This document shows, one piece after another, positions 61,715 through 64,000 of a DNA stretch of 64,000 nucleotides. This stretch comes from the human T2T-CHM13v2.0 reference genome, Homo sapiens. Positions within the stretch are counted from its first letter, which is position 1. Each line of letters opens with the position of its first letter. The stretch lies in the NCBI RefSeq assembly GCF_009914755.1, contig NC_060929.1; one strand, 5' to 3'. A program made the translations under genes and the position numbers. The notes beneath the pieces were generated by a model. The model saw only the letters and a list, made by a program, of their open reading frames with translations. It was not told the origin of the DNA and did no database searches.

Positions 61715-63822
61715 GTTGTTTAATCTTTTGTGACTGTCTTCTTTCACTTGGCACTATGTTTACAAATTTTATGCATGTTGTTGTATGTATCAGCATTTTA
61801 TTATTTTTATTGTCAAAAACTTCTATTGTATGGTTATTTTATTTACTCATGCATTAATGGATATTTGGGTTGCTTACATTTTATGACTATTATTAATAAT
61901 GATGCTATGAAAAATTGTGTACTAGTTTTTGTAGGAATGTATGTTTCTACTTGTCTATATTCTTAGTAGTAAAAATACTGCTCTATATGGTAATTCTAGG
62001 TTTAAAATTTGAAGACTGCAAAACTGATTTCCAAAATGGCTCCACCATTTTACATTCCCAATAGAAATGTATTGGGTTTCTGATGTCTTCATATTTCTTG
62101 CTAATACTTGTCATTACCTCTCTTTTTGATTATAGCTATTCCAGCAAGTGTGAAGTAGTATCTTGTAATTTTTATTTCCATTTCCCTAGTGGCTAATTAT
62201 GTTAAAAATGTTATTTATGTTATTGGCCATTTGTGCACCTTTTTTGAATAATGCCTATTCAGATTCTTTTGCCAATTTTTAATAAGCTTATTTTGTTTTC
62301 ATTATTATTTTTGAGTGGTAAAATTCCTTTAAATATTTTGGATAACAGATCTTTATCAGATATGTGACTTACAAATATTTTTCCCCATTCTGTGTGTTAA
62401 GTTTTCACTTTTCTTTTGAAGAAAAAAAAGTTTTTAATTTTGATGAAGTCCAATGGAACTATTTTTTTCATTGCTATACTATTGGTATTATAACTAAGAA
62501 GGCTTTAATCCAAATCAAGAAGATTAACTTCTATGTGTTTTTCCTGAGAATTTAATAGTTTTAGCAATTACACTTAGTCTATGATCCATTTGGGATTAAT
62601 ATTTGTTTATATTGTGAGGAAGAGATCTAGTTTTATTCTTTTGCATTTGGTATCCAGTTGTATCAGCAATAATTTGTGAAAAGTCTGTTATTTTTCTATG
62701 AATTGCCTTGGCACTCTTATCAAAAGTCAATTGACCATAAGTTTGAGGATTTATTTCTGGGCTGTACAAGTTCTATTTCATTGATCTATGTGTCTGTCTG
62801 TATGTGGTATGCAAGTACAACACCATTTTAATTTAACTTTTGAAATGGGGAAGTGTGGGCTCTGCAAATTTCTTTTCAAAAATGTTCTAGCTATTCTGAG
62901 TTTCCTGCATTTTCATACAAATTTTAGGATTAGCTTGTCAATTTCTGCAACAAAAAACCATTGAGATCATGAAGAAAAAATGGTGCTGAATCTTTTGATC
63001 AATTTGAAGAGTGCTGCTGTCTTACTGTCAATAATATTAAGTCTTCTGATTTGTGGGCATAGAATGTATTTCCATTTACTTAAGACTTCTTTAATTTTTT
63101 TCAACAACCCTTTAATGCTTTTACAATTTTGGGTTTATATTTGTTTTCTTATATTTATTCCTAAGTATTTTATTCTTTTTGATTCTATTAGTATAAATAC
63201 GTTTTTTAAACTTTTATTTTTTATTTTTTTCTTGCTGGTATGTATATATAAATATAATTGATTTTATACATTGTTCTTGTCTTCTGCAATCTCTATGAAC
63301 TCATTTATTAGTTCTACTAGATTATTAGAGTATTATATAGGATAGACTACATACAAGATTATTTATAAGACCATGACATCTGCAAATAAAGATAAATTTA
63401 TTATTTATTTTCCAATCTGATTTTCATTTTTAAAAATTGTCTTTATATTGCCTAACTGCCCTGGCTAGAACCTTCAGCACAATGAAGAGAACAAGTGGTA
63501 AGAGCGGACATCTTTATCTTGTTCCTAATTATAGGGGGAAATATGCAATAATTATAATATTTCTCATGGAATTTTCATAGACTCCTTTTATTTGCTTGAG
63601 GAATTGCCCTTTTATTTTCAAGTATTTGAGATTTCTTATTATGAAAGAGTGTTGGATTTTAGTCAAAGGATTTTTCTGTTGCAATTGAGATAATCATGTG
63701 GTTTTTGTTCTTTATTAAATTGCTACGATTTATTACATTAATTTATTTTTCAGATGCTAAACAAATCTTATTTTCTTTCTATAATCCCAAGAGGTCATGG
63801 TACATAATACTTCATGTAGGTA
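61715..63822 (-). mobile_element. Old L1M (MB/MC-like) 3' UTR and ORF2 region
   Basis: ccaccattttacattccc...gaccatgacatctgcaaataaaga (antisense LFADVM)...ccctggctagaaccttcagcacaatg. Confidence 0.85.
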
Positions 63823-64000
63823 TTATTTTTGGAGCATTTTGAGGTTTACAGAATAAAAATTATGTAAAGATAAGAAGGATTCTCTATACTCCCTCTCTTC
63901 TACCCTCAGTGCTTCTTATTACTAACATCTTGCATTTTTGTGCTATATTTGCTATAACTGAGTAACTAATATTGATAGATTATTATTAACTATAGTTCAT
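63823..64000 (-). mobile_element. L1MC2/3-like 3' end, runs off the window
   Basis: ttttggagcattttgaggtttacagaa...actaacatcttgcatt...aatattgatagattattattaacta. Confidence 0.7.

Overview
AT-rich, repeat-dense primate genomic DNA (Alu S/Y and LTR12C imply a catarrhine, most likely human). It looks intergenic or deep intronic. I recognise no host protein-coding exon: the supplied ORFs are L1 ORF1/ORF2 remnants or chance frames in Alu, LTR and microsatellite DNA. Main contents: an old full-span L1MA-type LINE (-) with an internal deletion, a solo LTR12C/ERV9 LTR (-) with a 4-bp TSD, a near full-length L1PA6-like element (+), a 5'-truncated L1PA13-like element (-), an orphan L1 5' end, a full-length 7SK pseudogene, seven Alus, and many MaLR/ERVL LTR, MIR, L2 and hAT fragments. 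Subfamily names come from remembered consensus features, not an alignment. I see no new biological system. The most unusual directly visible structures are local copy-paste scars: a 115-bp ORF1 segment copied in front of the ORF2 ATG of the same L1, a ~195-bp copy of an L1 5' junction plus flank inserted inside that L1, and an AT-rich array with direct and inverted units.
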